DNA of 64,000 nt, taken from NCBI GenBank assembly GCA_052327205.1, contig CM126214.1:155496001-155560000 (forward strand), given 5' to 3'. The position numbers were made by a program, and so were the translations under genes. Positions 24,107-37,489 of the stretch are shown here, piece after piece (positions within the stretch are counted from its first letter, which is position 1; every line of letters begins with the position of its first letter). This stretch comes from Somniosus microcephalus. Taxonomy: Eukaryota. Under the pieces are notes generated by a model, which did no database searches, was not told the origin of the DNA, and worked only from the letters and a program-made list of their open reading frames with translations.

Positions 24107-24727
24107 GCGGTATCGCCCCAAGAGGGAGGCGGGGCATTACTGGAAGCGCAGTGCCTCCCTCTTAGGGCACTGCGAGTGAATATCACGGTATGTCGCGCCA
24201 TGGTACTGCAGACCTTCCTCCCCTTATTAAAGGGGAGGGGCCTAGTGCAGCGCGACCCGGGGCCCAGCTGGGCCACCAGGGATCGGAGTGCCGGCAAAGG
24301 AGCCCGGCACTCAAGAGAAGTGCCGGGCTCACGGAGCGCAGCTAGCACTCCGCGGGGGGGCTGCAGAGGAGGCTGTGGACGGCAACGGGGGCAGGTGCTG
24401 GCAGACGGCCAGCAACAAAAATTGCCGCCCGGCACCTCCCCTTTAATTTGCACCGCCCCGGCCGCAGGTAGGCCCCCTGACCCCGTCGGACATAGCGTGC
24501 AGCGGTAAGTCAGGGAGCGCTACTGACGATCATGGCCGGGGCGCAAGCAGGGCACTGCACATGGCAATGACTTCATCGCCGGCGGTGCAGCGCTGCAGGG
24601 CGCTAACGGTTACTGCTGCCGCTAACCTCCCACTGAATTTTGCGGGAGGTGTTGCCAGCGCCGTGCTCAGGCGCTAATTGCTCTTAGGGCGCTAACGGGA
24701 GGTGCAAATCAACCGAATTTTTAGGCC
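24107..24727. mobile_element. GC-rich Harbinger MITE, left end truncated
   Basis: Collinear with 41320-41918; right TIR ACCGAATTTTTAGGCC. Confidence 0.82.
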
Positions 24728-25724
24728 TATATGTGCAAGGGCAAGTCCAACTAACGGAAGACGCCCTTCGATGTCCTGCCACAGCAAATTATGGCCCATT
24801 ATTAGCAATATCAGCTGTATTTAAATAAATATCTTGAAGACAACATTCTAAAGTACATTTCTTTTCCGTTTATACAAGTGAACTCGAAGAACCAGCTGCT
24901 TAACTAGTGGTGCCCAAAAAGTCAGCACTTGACAGAGCTCACCCCTTCCATAACAAGCACCAGCGCAAGTATATCCAGCAAGGAGATTTAGATAGTCAGT
25001 TTGAGGAGGGTGTATCAGATAAGACTCAGGGCGTAAATGAGCATGAGTAGGTGGAGGTAGAGGAGGAACAGGAAGCTGAAGACTGAAATGCCAGTTAGCA
25101 TTCTTCCTCAGTTGCAGAGTTTAAGGGTGGAGACCTCATCCCTGGATCAGCCCGGGTATGAGCTGCCCAATCCCGGCCGGACTTGAAGCGTAGACCCGCC
25201 TCCCCAAAATCAATCTCTTTGGAGATGGGTGAGCTTGCACCGTAAGCTTTACTCCCCTTTCGCTTGCTTTTTATTGTAAAATTTTAAGATTTTAAAATTG
25301 TAAGAGATTAATTATAAAATTAAAAAAGCAAACCAAGCCACAAACCGCCTGGCATTCAGAGCAGAGCTGTTTGTTTTCTTAGCCGTCGCAAAGCTGACAT
25401 TGCAAAATGCAAAATTAGGAGTGGACTTCTGCAAAAACAGTGGAATGACTGCCTGTTCTTACTTTAAAACTACAATGATTCTTTTTCACAACAGACCCAG
25501 GAACAGAGAAATTAAAACTGATTGCTGCAGCTGATTGAAGCTGCATGAAGTGTTCGAAATAGCCTCCATGCTTAATGCTGCCTTTGTAATTGGCGCCTAT
25601 GGTAATGGCAAATGGTCAGCACCATTTACCTGATATAGGTGGCGGTCCGTGACGGTGTAAGTGGTTGGGTTTGTATCTTATTTATATAAATTTGGGAGCG
25701 TGATTTTAGTTATAATTTTGTTTT

Positions 25725-26022
25725 TATTCATTCATGAGATGTGGGCGTCGCTGTCAAGGCCAGCATTTATTGCCCATCCCTAATTGCCCTCGAGAAGGTG
25801 GTAGTGAGCCATCTTCTTGAACCACTGCAGTCCATGTGGTGAAGGTACTGACACAGTGCTGTTAGGGAGGGAGTTCCAGGATTTTGACCCAATGATGATG
25901 AAGGAACGACGATATATTTCCAAGTCAGGATGGTGTGTGACGTGAAGGGGAGCTTGGAGGTGGTGGTGTTCCCATACGCGCCTGTTGCCCTTGTGCTTGT
26001 AGGTGGTAGGTCATGGGTTTGG
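25725..26022 (-). mobile_element. Family X LINE 3' end
   Basis: Reverse complement of approximately 22470-22755. Confidence 0.85.
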
Positions 26023-28119
26023 GATAATAATAATTAGGACCTGCTTCCCTCCAATGCATATAATAAGAGTGGATTTTCCGACCGATTAGTGCTATATTTA
26101 AATGCATACTACACAGGCGCTGCTGCCGGTGGGGGGGGGCTCGCTCACAATAGCTGATCCTTCACTGCTCTGTGTCAAGTTATAAAGTTTCTTTAATCCA
26201 AACATTTCATCGGCAGAATTCTTCCTGGTGATTTACAACAATTTTTTTTTCACAGTCGGAAATTGAAGAAACAGATGTACGTAAAAGATGGAGTGAAGCA
26301 AGATAAGTTTGCAACTTAATAACATTTAGCTTTCTAATTTCGTGACCCGGTGGTCTGCATTTCTTTCAGTCCAGTTTAGCAGACAGAAGAATGCCTCCTC
26401 CTTCCATGTTTAAGATTTAAAAAGAGTTTTAAAATGAATTTTTAAACATTTTGCTGCTTTGCTGTCTGGATTTTTAATCATTGGCTTTGTGTTTATTTAA
26501 AAACGGGAATCTTTCTTCTCCTCCCAAAACTGAGATCGTGGTGCACAGTTAGAAATGTGAGTTGGTTTTAATTCTGACGAGGGGAAAAATGAATAATTAA
26601 AAAAAAATGGACCAACATTAATGGGATAATTTGAGTGAGGCACCACTCCTGACACAAAACATCTCAAATGGCAAAGGCAGAAGTGAAGAGAAGGCTACAA
26701 CATTGTAGCCCCAATTCCAACCCCTACCTCCCCCACCCGCCCCCGCCCTCGGTCCCCCTTCATCACCAGCAAGGTTGCATGCTGGGAGTGGTGCCTCAGA
26801 AAATTGCCTCCAGTAATGAGATAATTGCAAGGGCCGTGAACTTGTGCATGAACAACGTGCCCATTTGTTCGATATGTCTTCCCATGCAATGCCTGGATCT
26901 AACTCAGAAGATTTACCCACGAGAGAAAAGAAAGTCTGAAATTTAAATTAATTAAAACTTAATTTTTAAAAATCTGAGCTTATCTGTTATCTCTTGTCCT
27001 GTATTTGATGCTTGTTTTTCATTTTATGAGATTTTCCTAAATATACATTTTAGTTAGATTATAGTTTCAATTGTCTCCATACTTTTCATTGTGTTCTTAG
27101 TCGTGTAAACAGGAATAGCCCCCAAAAACAAAATAATTGTACCTGACAGAAAATGATTGGTGATCTGGGATTAGTGTAAATGTCCTTGTAAAGTCTCTGA
27201 GAAATTGGCCCTGAATTCCTTTATGGCCCTGAAGATGCCTTTTTCTATTAATCTATCCCCTGCACCCTGCCCCCTATAGATTATGTCCAAGTTCACTATA
27301 ATTGAGTTGTGGCATTTAATTGATAGACTGGGAATCAGTCAGGATTGCTAAGCTGTGTTTTTAATTTTATATATATATGCAGATGAATTCTACACCAAAT
27401 CACATAACTTTTTCCTGTCCTGTATTAATTTGGTTGCTGTGATATTCAAATCACACTTGTCAGATCAAAGTGTGTGATTATTTAGCATTTCAATACTCTA
27501 GTACACTTGGCCTTTGATATTATGACTAACGTCGATGTTCTTCAACAAATCAGATTGAACAGGAAAACAAAAACCAGCTTGCTCCTGCTGTGTCATGGAG
27601 TGCTATGATGCATGTTCAGGCCCATGAGTCCCCACATGCTGCGTTTCTGATCTCAGTTGTGCAGTTGGGAGGGGTTCCGAGTGGAAGCCATAACACTGGA
27701 CTTTCACTGGCAGAAGCCCAGGAGCATACCGTCTACTTGACTGATTAATGGCTGGGGAAACTGAATAAATAAAATAGTAAAACTAGGGAGAAAATTTAAC
27801 AAATAAACGCTCTACTGAACAAGCAACATAATGAGAGGTGAGTTGCAGAATAAGAGAGCATTCTGGCTGTGTCTCAATAATTCAATAGCTTTGATACTGC
27901 ACCATTTTGTCCACGAGAGACAGGTTAATGAGGTGTGACTATATGCAATCTTTACATAAGAATATTCTTAGCAATGTCCTGGTATTGGCAAATTAATCAC
28001 AAGACTCAGTTTTGCTTCTGACTTTTTCCCTCCTATGAAGCAATTTGCATGTTGGAAAGTGGAATAAAATTAATTTTGTAGCTGACTTATTCGATTTGAG
28101 ATATTTGTAATTGTTTTTG

Positions 28120-28602
28120 TTCTCAAGATGTGGGCGACACTGGCAAAACCACATTTATTGCCCATTCCTAGTTGCCCTGAAAAGCGGTAGCCACTGTTTT
28201 TGCACTTGAGTGGCTTGCTAGGCCAATTCAGAGATCATCATCACTGAGAATTTCCTCGGGGCTTCTCCCACTCTGCCGCCATAATTTGGCGGATACCCCA
28301 TTTATGCGTGTAAAGGGGGTTTTCACCGAATCTCCGCTGAAGTTACAGTGGCGCAGCGCGAGAAGCCCCGAGGAAATTCCGAGTGTAAGAGTCAGCCAAG
28401 TTGTATGTGATTGGAGTCACACTGGAGTAGGCCAGGCCAGGTAGGGGTAGCAGGGGTTCCTCTCTATTCGTTTAACAGTTGGGTTTTCACAATAATCCAA
28501 CAGCTTTCATGACCACTTTTTTTCTGGTGTGCTTCAGCTCACAAATTACCAGATTTATTAAGTTCAATTTTATAGCTTGCCATGGTGGGATTTGAACTCA
28601 CT
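28120..28602 (-). mobile_element. Degraded SINE-like derivative of family X (tRNA-like B box, body and LINE tail)
   Basis: Tail GATGTGGGC..CACTGGCAA..CATTTATTGCCCAT directly followed by TGAGTGGCTTGCTAGGCCA...GGTGGGATTTGAA, as in 49440-49670. Confidence 0.6.
28242..28385. mobile_element. Small (~144 bp) palindromic MITE
   Basis: Inverted repeat GAATTTCCTCGGGGCTTCTC / GAGAAGCCCCGAGGAAATTC. Confidence 0.75.
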
Positions 28603-28642
28603 GGAGGTCATTTTGACTTTGTGCGAGAGTGTAAATCATGTG

Positions 28643-28844
28643 TGTAGTGTCCGTGTGTAGATAAAGACACTGAAGACAGGAGTTGGTTCATAGGTATTTA
28701 CTAAGCAAGTCTGGGGGGGGTTTCTAAAGGATATACACAATACACAGGCTTATATAGCCCAAGTGGCAATTACCGGCATTACGCACACCTGGGGCTCTTA
28801 AAGGCACATACACCATAATTGCTCTTAAAGGCACATACACCACA
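28643..28844 (-). mobile_element. Solo Gypsy LTR (202 bp)
   Basis: TG...CA ends; perfect 5-bp TSD ATGTG; start resembles LTR 31828-32019 (TGT.GTGTCCGTGT...AAGACAC...TTTACTAA); internal tandem GCTCTTAAAGGCACATACACCA x2. Confidence 0.85.
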
Positions 28845-29554
28845 ATGTGATAGCCCAAGGCCCACCCAATATTGGGCGTTAGGTCTCATTTACATGAGAC
28901 TGACGAGCTGCAGACATTTGCTGGGCGCCCCTTGACAGCTCGCTGGCAAAGAGGATTTCAATTTTGGGTGGCTGTGTTGTGGCAGTGGCCCTCAGGTAGG
29001 TCCTAGGAGAGGGGGGCGGAAAGCGAACAAGAGAGTTGTTGCGGGGTTGGGGGGGCGGGGGGGGAGGTGCGGGTGCATCAATTGGGAGAGGGAAGGGGCC
29101 TGGCGGGGGCTAGCAACGGTCTTCAGCACTGCAGTGGACCTGGGAGGAGCGCACCCGCACCTCCCTGCTCTACATTCAGGTAAATATTTTAAAAGAAGTT
29201 TAATAACATGGTTTATTTTTTACTTGTGCAGGATTTACAATGGTCCCATTTCATGAAATGTATCAGAGCCAATTTACTAGCTGAAAGGAAGCTTAAAAAC
29301 AGAACTTTGATGCTTACAGTTATGGAAAAGAAATATTTCAGCTTGGCTTAAAATTAATCACTGGTTCAATAAAATGTCTCCAGTTTTTAAGCTACTAATG
29401 TGCTTGGGAACTTCTTGCAACTGAGAAGCCCTGTTTGCAGACAGCAAAACTGTTCTGTCAATATCAAAAAAGCGGCAGGAAGCTTGCTCTTTGATCTTCA
29501 AGTCCCTGAAATTGACAACCGCTCCTGTACAGGAAGGTCTCGCTCGCAAACTAT

Positions 29555-30547
29555 GGGGTGGGAATTTCTCTCGGTCTGCTCTCAGGCCTGAAATGGGCGG
29601 CGCGCAGGGCCAGCCCAAAACTAGGCCTCATTAATATTATTTTAAAAAGATGAATGTCTGGCCACTTGCCTCGCTGGCAAGTCCTGGGAGTGGGTGAGGG
29701 GGAGGGTGGTGGTGGTTTGTGGAGCGAGTATTCTGGAGTCGCTTGCTCCTTCTGGCTCCGCAGGATTGGTTTTTGAATGTAAGAAAAAACAATTCACATT
29801 TTGGGCCTGTTATTTACTCAGGATCGGGACGAGAGTGGGGGTGGGGGGTTGGGGGGGAGGATTTTTGGACAGGCAACCCGGAAGTACAGGTTTCACAGAC
29901 CTCCTGCAGAAATGAACTGCAGGACGTCTTTTGAATTTTTTCAACAGGTTTCCCGCCCGACATCCAAACAGATTGACAGGCTGGCTGCCTGTTAGGTGGG
30001 AAGGCAGCCAGCGAGCAGATGCCAGTTAAGTCTGACATTGCGGTTGGGGGGGGGGGTCGTTCATTGTGTGGGGGTTGGGGTTGGACATCGTGGGGCGGGG
30101 GGGAGTGGACTGGACAGTGTGGGAGAATTGGCTATCGCGGGGGGGGGGGGGGTGGCTGATCGCGGGGGTCCGATCACGTGCTTGTTGGTTCCTGGGGGAA
30201 ACACTCCTGCTCCTCCTGGCCCACAATCAGTGCAACAAAGGCACGTACCTCATGGATCCGGCCCCTCTCACCTCCTTTTACCTGCCAGGATTCCTGAGGC
30301 CTGTGAATATCGGCCTCCATACCTTAAAGTAAAAATCCAGTTAAAATGGATGCACGCAGCTTCCTTAAATGATTTTAGTGACTGACCCACCTCCTAAGAG
30401 TGGATTGGTCACCCGCCCCTTGAACCGCCTCTGTTCAAACCGGAAGTGTGAGGGTTGGAGGCGGCTTGGTATTGGGTTTGAGAATTTAAGAATATTTGCC
30501 TTTTCACCCGCCCTCAACCCATTCATCCTTGGGGGATAAAATTCCCC
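29555..30547. mobile_element. Old composite Harbinger-like MITE(s) with G-rich core
   Basis: Termini GGGGTGGGAATTT / AAAATTCCCC; boundaries and nesting uncertain. Confidence 0.45.
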
Positions 30548-31363
30548 TCTTTGCTGGCACCATTGCTTAGGCCACAACAGCCACTGAAGAGTCACGAGCA
30601 AGAAGGCACCGCTCCTGTTTTGCTCATTGCTATCCAGTTTCCCAGAGTGGGGCCTAAACAGGCATTCGGCCCCTCAATTTCAGATGTCAGCGGCCTAATG
30701 CCTGTATCATGCAGCCACCAGGGATGCCTTCAAAATGTGCCAACACAATATTGGGTCGTTCGTCTTGCAGACACACTTTGGGCACGGGAAGTTTGTCCCC
30801 AAAATTGGCCGTCGTTGCGCCTGTCTTACACCCATTAAATGGGGGCAAATGAGGTCCAATTTCTACCCCTAGATACCGCTGGTGCAATTTTTAGGCCATT
30901 ATTTTACAATTTTTCTCCATTAGATTAAAGTGTCTGCATCTGTGCATTCCCTTTTAGCTAAAGGCACAGATGAATCAGTTTAAATATGCAATATTACTAC
31001 ATTAGCACACAGCAAACTGCCACAGCAGATGCTTAAGTCTTTGCATAAGATGAGAAAGAGAAGGTATGGAAGACTGAAAAAGACACTTGTTGTATGATGT
31101 TGAGCAGATAAGATGGGTACAGCCCACTGCAGCCAGAGTTTTCTTACATTTTTACTTCTTTAAGGTATCTCACTTATGCTCTGTGAAGAGACAAAGCTCC
31201 TGACATTTTTGCCAAGCTGGTTTACACATTGGGAGTGCTTGGACTCAAATCTATGAACACAGTAACATAAAGTGCATGACTTAATCATCATGCCTTTGGG
31301 ATAAACTGCCAACAAATGTTGCTGTTATATTATCCAGACACATCATTGATGATGAAGACTTAC

Positions 31364-31394
31364 GTTTCATCTCCATAGTAACCACATGTGCCAT
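31364..31394 (-). CDS. Candidate first coding exon segment (MAHVVTMEMK plus 1 nt) of an unidentified host gene
   Basis: ATGGCACATGTGGTTACTATGGAGATGAAAC|GTAAGT; consensus donor; second ATG in strong Kozak context; phase 1 matches exon 9065-9132. Confidence 0.3.
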
Positions 31395-31827
31395 GAATTT
31401 AATTGGTTCCACGCTGGCTTGCTGCAGGGGTATTCCCTTCTCCCAAGGGAATAAGTGACAGGCATGGAGTCAACCACATACATCAAACAGATTTGCACCA
31501 CCTAACAACCTAATCAGGAAAAAGCTAAGTGTAAACAATGGAGCAATTTTAAAAATCTAATTTTTCTCTCTTATCTCCCCACGTTTACCTTCCCCCATTG
31601 CACTGGTTTGTTTGTATGAAGTAATCCCTTTCATAAAATAGATGACATAGTAAAACAATCGCCTGAGCTGTTTTCTGCTGGGAGATTCCACACTGGCAAC
31701 TTTGAAGTGCAAAAATTTAAATTTCAACAATTTGTATGAGTGATGCTGGGCTGTTCCTCCTAGGCAGCATTTCTAGTGATGTTGTCAGAGGGTTGAGAGC
31801 AGGTCAGTTGCTTGTCACATTGGTTAG

Positions 31828-32019
31828 TGTTGTGTCCGTGTATAATAAGACACAGACTGCAGGAGAACGGTATAACGGGTGTTTACTAAACGTGGCTCAC
31901 ACTGGAACTGATCTGTACAGATTATTACTCAGTGCTATATACAGGTGTGGTCACTGCCGGTACTGCAGTATACATGAGCTGTAAAAGATAGTTCCCCCCT
32001 TAAAGGTATATACATTACA
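31828..32019 (-). repeat. 3' LTR
   Basis: TGT...ACA ends; 8 mismatches by eye versus 37490-37681; adjacent to the PPT. Confidence 0.95.
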
Positions 32020-32128
32020 ATTCCTCCCCTTTTAGATTAACAGTACCATAACACTCATTTAACAATTAAACATCAAACTAATTACAATTAACACTTTTAA
32101 CATGCAACATTAGCTGAAAATAGTCTAT

Positions 32129-35100
32129 TTATATATTCAGTCTTTGGGGAGGCTTCCTGATCCTTTCTGGATAGCGCCTTTCCCGAGTGTCTTGCTCTTG
32201 GTGCAGAGGCGATTCTGGCCCCCTGTCGTCGGTTGGTTCATCAGCTTCCGATGCTACTGTTTCTGGGGTAGATGCGACCTGTACGTCGGGTTCATCACCA
32301 GGTACGTATGGGCGAGGCATGGGGTTGAATTGTTCCTGTGACTCTAGGATCTGGTCAGCATGGCGTCTCACGATGCTCTCCCCAACGTCCACTGTGTACA
32401 TTAGTGGGCCCTGCTGTGTGCATATCGTTCCTGGCTGCCATTTTTCTGTTCGGTAGTCGCGGGCCAAGACTGGTTGCCCTACATTGAAGCTCCTTGTTGG
32501 CTTCTCATGGATGTGCTGGAATTGCTTACTCTCAACATCTCTTCGTACGTTTGGTCTGAGCAAATCCAGGCAAGATCTTAACCTTCGGTTAAAGAACATC
32601 ATGGCTGGGGCCTGGTTGGTGACTGCATGTGTCGCATTCCGGTAGGCGAACAGGAAATTGTCCACCTTGTGCTGCAGCGGAATGTTGTCATTGTACATAA
32701 CCTTTATTGCCTTCTTAAAGGTTTGTACGAACCTCTCAGCCAATCCATTTGTGGCTGGATGATACGGGGCAGATGTGTAATGCCTTACTCCATTCTTTTT
32801 CAAGAACCTCCGGAACACTTCGGACACAAACTGTGGTCCGTTGTTGGAGCAAATCTGTTCTGGCAAGCCATTTCTGGCAAAAATGGTCCGTAGGACTGCA
32901 ATAGTTTTCTCCGTGGTGGTGGAGGACATTTTGATGACCTCAGGCCATTTCGAGTGCGCATCCACGGCTATTAAAAACATTGAGTCCATGAATGGACCAG
33001 CAAAATCAATATGCACCCGTTGCCATGGAGATGAGGGCCACTCCCATGGGTGTAGAGGGGCCTGTGGTGGTGCATTTTGGACTTTCTGGCATCCTGAGCA
33101 GCTCTTGGTCAGGTCCTCGATTTGTTTATCGATTCCCGGCCACCACACATAAGCCCTGGCAAGGCTTTTCATTTTTACCCCTCCCAGATGACCCTCATGA
33201 AGCTCATTGAGCACTCTATCCCTTAACTTGGGTGGAATTACCACTCGGGATCCACACATCAAGGTCCCCCGGCACACTGACAGCTGTTCTCTCCTTGTCG
33301 AGAATGCTGGCAACAGTGAGTCGCCATGTGCTGGCCATCCCTTCACCATCAAATCATATACCCGAGACAGTCTCGGGTCATTTCGGGTTTCCTTTTCGAT
33401 ACAAGCGTTAGTTACCGGTAGGTATTCAACTATAGTCGAATGGAATATTTTGACAGGATCCACTGCTGGTGCTTCCTCCGCAGTAGGCAGTGACAGGCGT
33501 GATAGCCCATCAGCATTTCCATGCTGTTTCATGCCCTTATATTCATTCAATCTCATAGTGGTGCGCCCCTAGAAAAAGTGACCATCTTTGTAGTCGTTGC
33601 GCAGTCATCACCGGAACGCCCTTCTTCGGATTAAAAATGGAGACAAGAGGCTGGTGATCAGCCAGCAAGGTGAATTTCTGCCCGTGCAGATAGTGATTGA
33701 ACTTTTTCACTCCCCACACTAGGCTGAGGGCCTCCCTGTCAATCTGGGCATAGTTACGCTCGGCTGAGGTTAGTGATCATGACACAAAGGCTATTGGCCT
33801 CTCTGAGCCGTCTGAGAATTTGTGCGACAGCACCGCTCCAATGCCGTAGGATGACGCATCACATGCCAACCGAATTGGTAATGCTGGGTTGAAATGGGCC
33901 AATACCTCTTTCGATGTGATTAGTGTTTTGCTCTTCTGGAAAGCTCGTCTACATTCGTCACTCCACTTCCATGGCACCCCAGTTTGCAGTAGGGTGTTCA
34001 GTGTGTGTAGAATTGTAGACAAATTTGGCAAGAACTTATGGTAGTAGTTTACCAGCCCGAGGAACGACCTCAGTTGTGACACATTTTCCGGTGCTGGAGC
34101 CTTGACTACTGCCTCAATCTTCTCTGGAGACTTATGTAACCTCTCTTTATCGATAACGTGGCCACAATACGAGATCTGTTTTCTAAAAAACTCGCATTTG
34201 GGGCGGTTAGCTCGGAGCCCATATTCCTGCAATCTAGTGAGCACCTGCTCCAGGTTGGCAAGGTGATCACTGTCATTTTCGCCCGTGACCAGGATGTCGT
34301 CCAAATAACACTGGGTCCCTGGGATCCCTTGCAGGACTTGTTCCATTGCCCTCTGCCAAATAGCCGGAGCTGATGCTACCCCGAATACCAGCCGGTTGTA
34401 TTGGTAGAGACCTTTATGGGTGTTGATTGTGAGGTATTTTTTTGATGCTTCTTCTACCTCCATTTGCAGATACGCCTGGGCCAGATCAATCTTAGTGAAG
34501 CGTTTCCCTCCAGATAGTGAGGCGAAAATATCTTCAATCCGCGGAAGTGGATATTGTACGGTGTGAAGGACCGGGTTCACTATTACCTTAAAGTCCCCAC
34601 AGATGCGAACCTTCTTTGGTTCCCCAGGTGTGCTGCTCAACGGCTTTTTCATCACAGGGACGATGGGTGTAGCCCACTCGCTCCAGTCTACCTTGGACAG
34701 TACACCTGAACGTTCCAGACTCTCCAGCTCTGCTTTGACGGCTGGGCGGATCGCATAAGGTACCGGTCTGGCCTTAAAAAATTTTGGGCTTGCTTTTTCT
34801 TCAATTTTAATCGTCGCTGGATTGCCTTTTAGTGTTCCGAGTCCTTGCTGGAACACTTCTTTCGCGTCAGTTAGGATCTTTGACAGTCGCCCAGGTGTGA
34901 CATCGTCATCCTTTTTGTCAGCCACAGTCAGTGCCTGTATGGAATGCCAATCCAGTTGTGTTTTCCGGATCCATTCACGTCGCAGTAATGGTGGTCCTCC
35001 ATCTTGCAATACATACAGGTCTAGTTTTGGTGTTTCCTTACCGTTATATATAACGGTCACCCTTATTTTTCCTTTGAGGTAGACTTTTTGCCTCGTGTAC

Positions 35101-36902
35101 ATCTTCAAAATAATTTTTGTGTCTCTCAAGGGTATGTGTGAGAATAGCCGCTCATAGTCCCGTCGGTTTATGACTGTTAGGGCTGATCCTGTGTCCAATT
35201 CCATCTTTACCTGGATTCCTGCTATCTTGAGAGTGACCCAAATGGTTCGGTGATCCTCCGTTGTGATCACATTATGTAGTTTCAGACAACTCAGTTCCCT
35301 GCTTTCGGAGTCGTTATCACTCTTTTGTTCGTCTGAACTATTCTCCGTCATCTTATGTACCTTCTTGTACTTTCCTTTGGTAGGTTTCTTATTGCTGGTT
35401 TTCTTTCCCGACCTGCAGACTCGTGCTATGTGTCCTACTTTTCCACACTGTCTGCACACTTTGGGCTGGATTTTCCTAAGCCCCTGGAGTCGGGTTGGAG
35501 GCGTGCGGGCGATAAAAAAATCGGAGATCCGGGGGTCCCGACCCCATCCCGCCTCCATGTCAATTTCATAGGAGTCGGGTTCCCGGCAAGTGCTGGAACC
35601 CGACTCCCAGAGGCGGGAAGGGATTAAAGGCAATTAAACTGCCTGTTAACAGGTAGTTAACAGGTAGTTTTTTGCCTATTCGCGATTTTTATTGCAGGTT
35701 TGTGGGCTTCCCGACAGCTCCAAACCACGAAAAGTTTTCAAGGCGGGACGTGGGTCTGAGGTCTTGGAGGGGTCGAGATGCCCAGTGTTCAGGTGAGTGA
35801 GGGGTGCAGGAGTGCAAAGGTAAGTGTTTTGCAAGTGTTTAAATAAGTTTAACTTACTTTTACTTACCTTTACAGGAGTCCTGCATTCCGGTGTCGGGAG
35901 TCGGCTGCAAGAACCACAGAAGCTACGATTTAAAAAAAAAAATCAGCTTCTTTGTTTCTACAGCAAAATGATTTTAAAGTTATCCTGAGAAAGGACTGAG
36001 GCTGAATTAGCAGTTTTTCAGTGCTTGACAGCTTCAAACAGCTGTTAAACACTGATATTTCATGTGCCAAAAGCTTTTGACAGATGAAATGTCAATCTCT
36101 GACGTCACCTGTTGCCGGGTGGCCCTTAATTGGCCTGCTGAGCCCACAGGGTGGGCTCAACAAGGTTAATCAGAGGAAAATCCAGTGGGTTGGCCACATC
36201 TCCATGGAGGCGGGACAACAAGCCCGAATGTGGGTTTCCCACCTCCAACCCGCCCCCGTAGCAAAATCCAGCCCTTTGTCTTTGAACCAAGCAATCATTC
36301 TGGTCGTGTGTTGTTCTGCCGCAGCGATAGCACTTCTCTGTTCCATATGACATTTCGTTTGTGCCATATTCTTGCGGTCTCTGTTGTATCCCTGCAGCGC
36401 CCCGTGCTGCTGCTTCATATGATACCGCAATGCTGAAAGCCTTTTCCAGCGTAAGGTCCTTTTCAGATAAAAGCTATTTCTGGGTTCCTTCACTTTGAAG
36501 CCCACACACAAACTTGTCCCTTAAGGTATCTGCCAGTCCCGCTCCAAACTGGCAGTGTTTCGATAGTTTGCGCAGTTCTGTTAAATAATCAGCATTGCTT
36601 TCATCCTTATGCTGGTTCCGTTTGTGAAATTTGAATCTTTCTGCTATCAGCAGCGGTGTGGGGTTTAAATGTTCCTGTAGTATCGTTACTATGTCTTCAA
36701 AACTCTTTTCCATTGGCTTCTTTGGGGTTACTAGATTTCGTAATAAACCATACGTCTTTGCACCCATTAAATTTAACAATACCGACGCTTTCTTGTCATC
36801 TGACACCTCATTTGCCTTGCAGTATACCTCTATTCGTTCGACATATGTAGTCCAATCTTCGACTTCATTGTCAAATGCGGTGATACTGCCACTCTTCGGC
36901 AT
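32129..36902 (-). pseudogene. Gypsy gag-pol with stops, frameshifts and a MITE insertion
   Basis: Gag MPKSGSITAFD...LIAERFKFHKRNQ; two CCHC knuckles; protease LDTGS; RT YLDD; RNase H LACDASSYG; integrase H-H-C-C and HIDFAGPF / SNNG (D>N) / AERF. Confidence 0.93.
35463..36274. mobile_element. Harbinger-type MITE inserted between the two Gag zinc knuckles
   Basis: 12-bp TIR GGGCTGGATTTT / AAAATCCAGCCC; TTT TSD; removing it restores WFKDK-VCRQCGKVGHIARVC. Confidence 0.92.
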
Positions 36903-37489
36903 TTTGGGTGTGGTTTAAAATGGCGTCTCCCAATGACTTAAAATGGCGTCTCCCACGCTTTCCTTCCTCCCCCGCTGCTGCCAACGCCGCTCCCGGTGGT
37001 TCTCGTGGCAATGGCGGCACCCTGTAGGTTTCGCGCGCTTCTCCTGCGCTGCTGCCAATGGCGCTCTCGGCGGTCCTCGTGGCAATGGCGGCGCCTCGCG
37101 GATTTCTGTGCGTCTCTCTCTCTCCGACGCTGCTCGGCCCCTGAACACCGGCTGCGCCCTGTGCACTCTGCCCTCTCTCTCTCTCCCCCGTTGACGCTGC
37201 TCGGCCCTTTGCTGTGCCGCTCGGTCGGGCTCTAGCCCGCCGCTGTCCGGCAAGGGTCTGCGCACTACCTGTTGCCAGCCCGTTTCGCTGGACCACCTCG
37301 ACTGGAAAGCCAAGCCTGGCTCTCTACAGCCTCCCCCGCAATTCTCGAGTCTCTGCTGGATGACTGGGCGGTTGCCCGTGGTCGATGCCCGAGTCTCTGG
37401 CCTTGACCTCCAATCCACTGATCTCCAGGAATGAATCCCCGGGAGGTGATGCAGAGTTGCAGGTAGGTTCGAACTTGCCTTGTCGCCAA

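Larger units (their letters stand above)
22853..24798. mobile_element. Old MITE (1-695 family) hosting a Penelope insertion and a younger MITE
   Basis: Homology to 1-695; right terminus GCAAATTATGGCCC. Confidence 0.55.

Noticed and set aside
26256-26276. Plus-strand micro-exon CACAG|TCGGAAATTGAAGAAACAGAT|GTACGT
   Set aside because: No other plus-strand exons or homology support it; such matches arise by chance
33777-35633. 618-aa ORF as an intact novel protein
   Set aside because: The N-terminus is read from an inserted MITE and the C-terminus is a premature stop within RNase H
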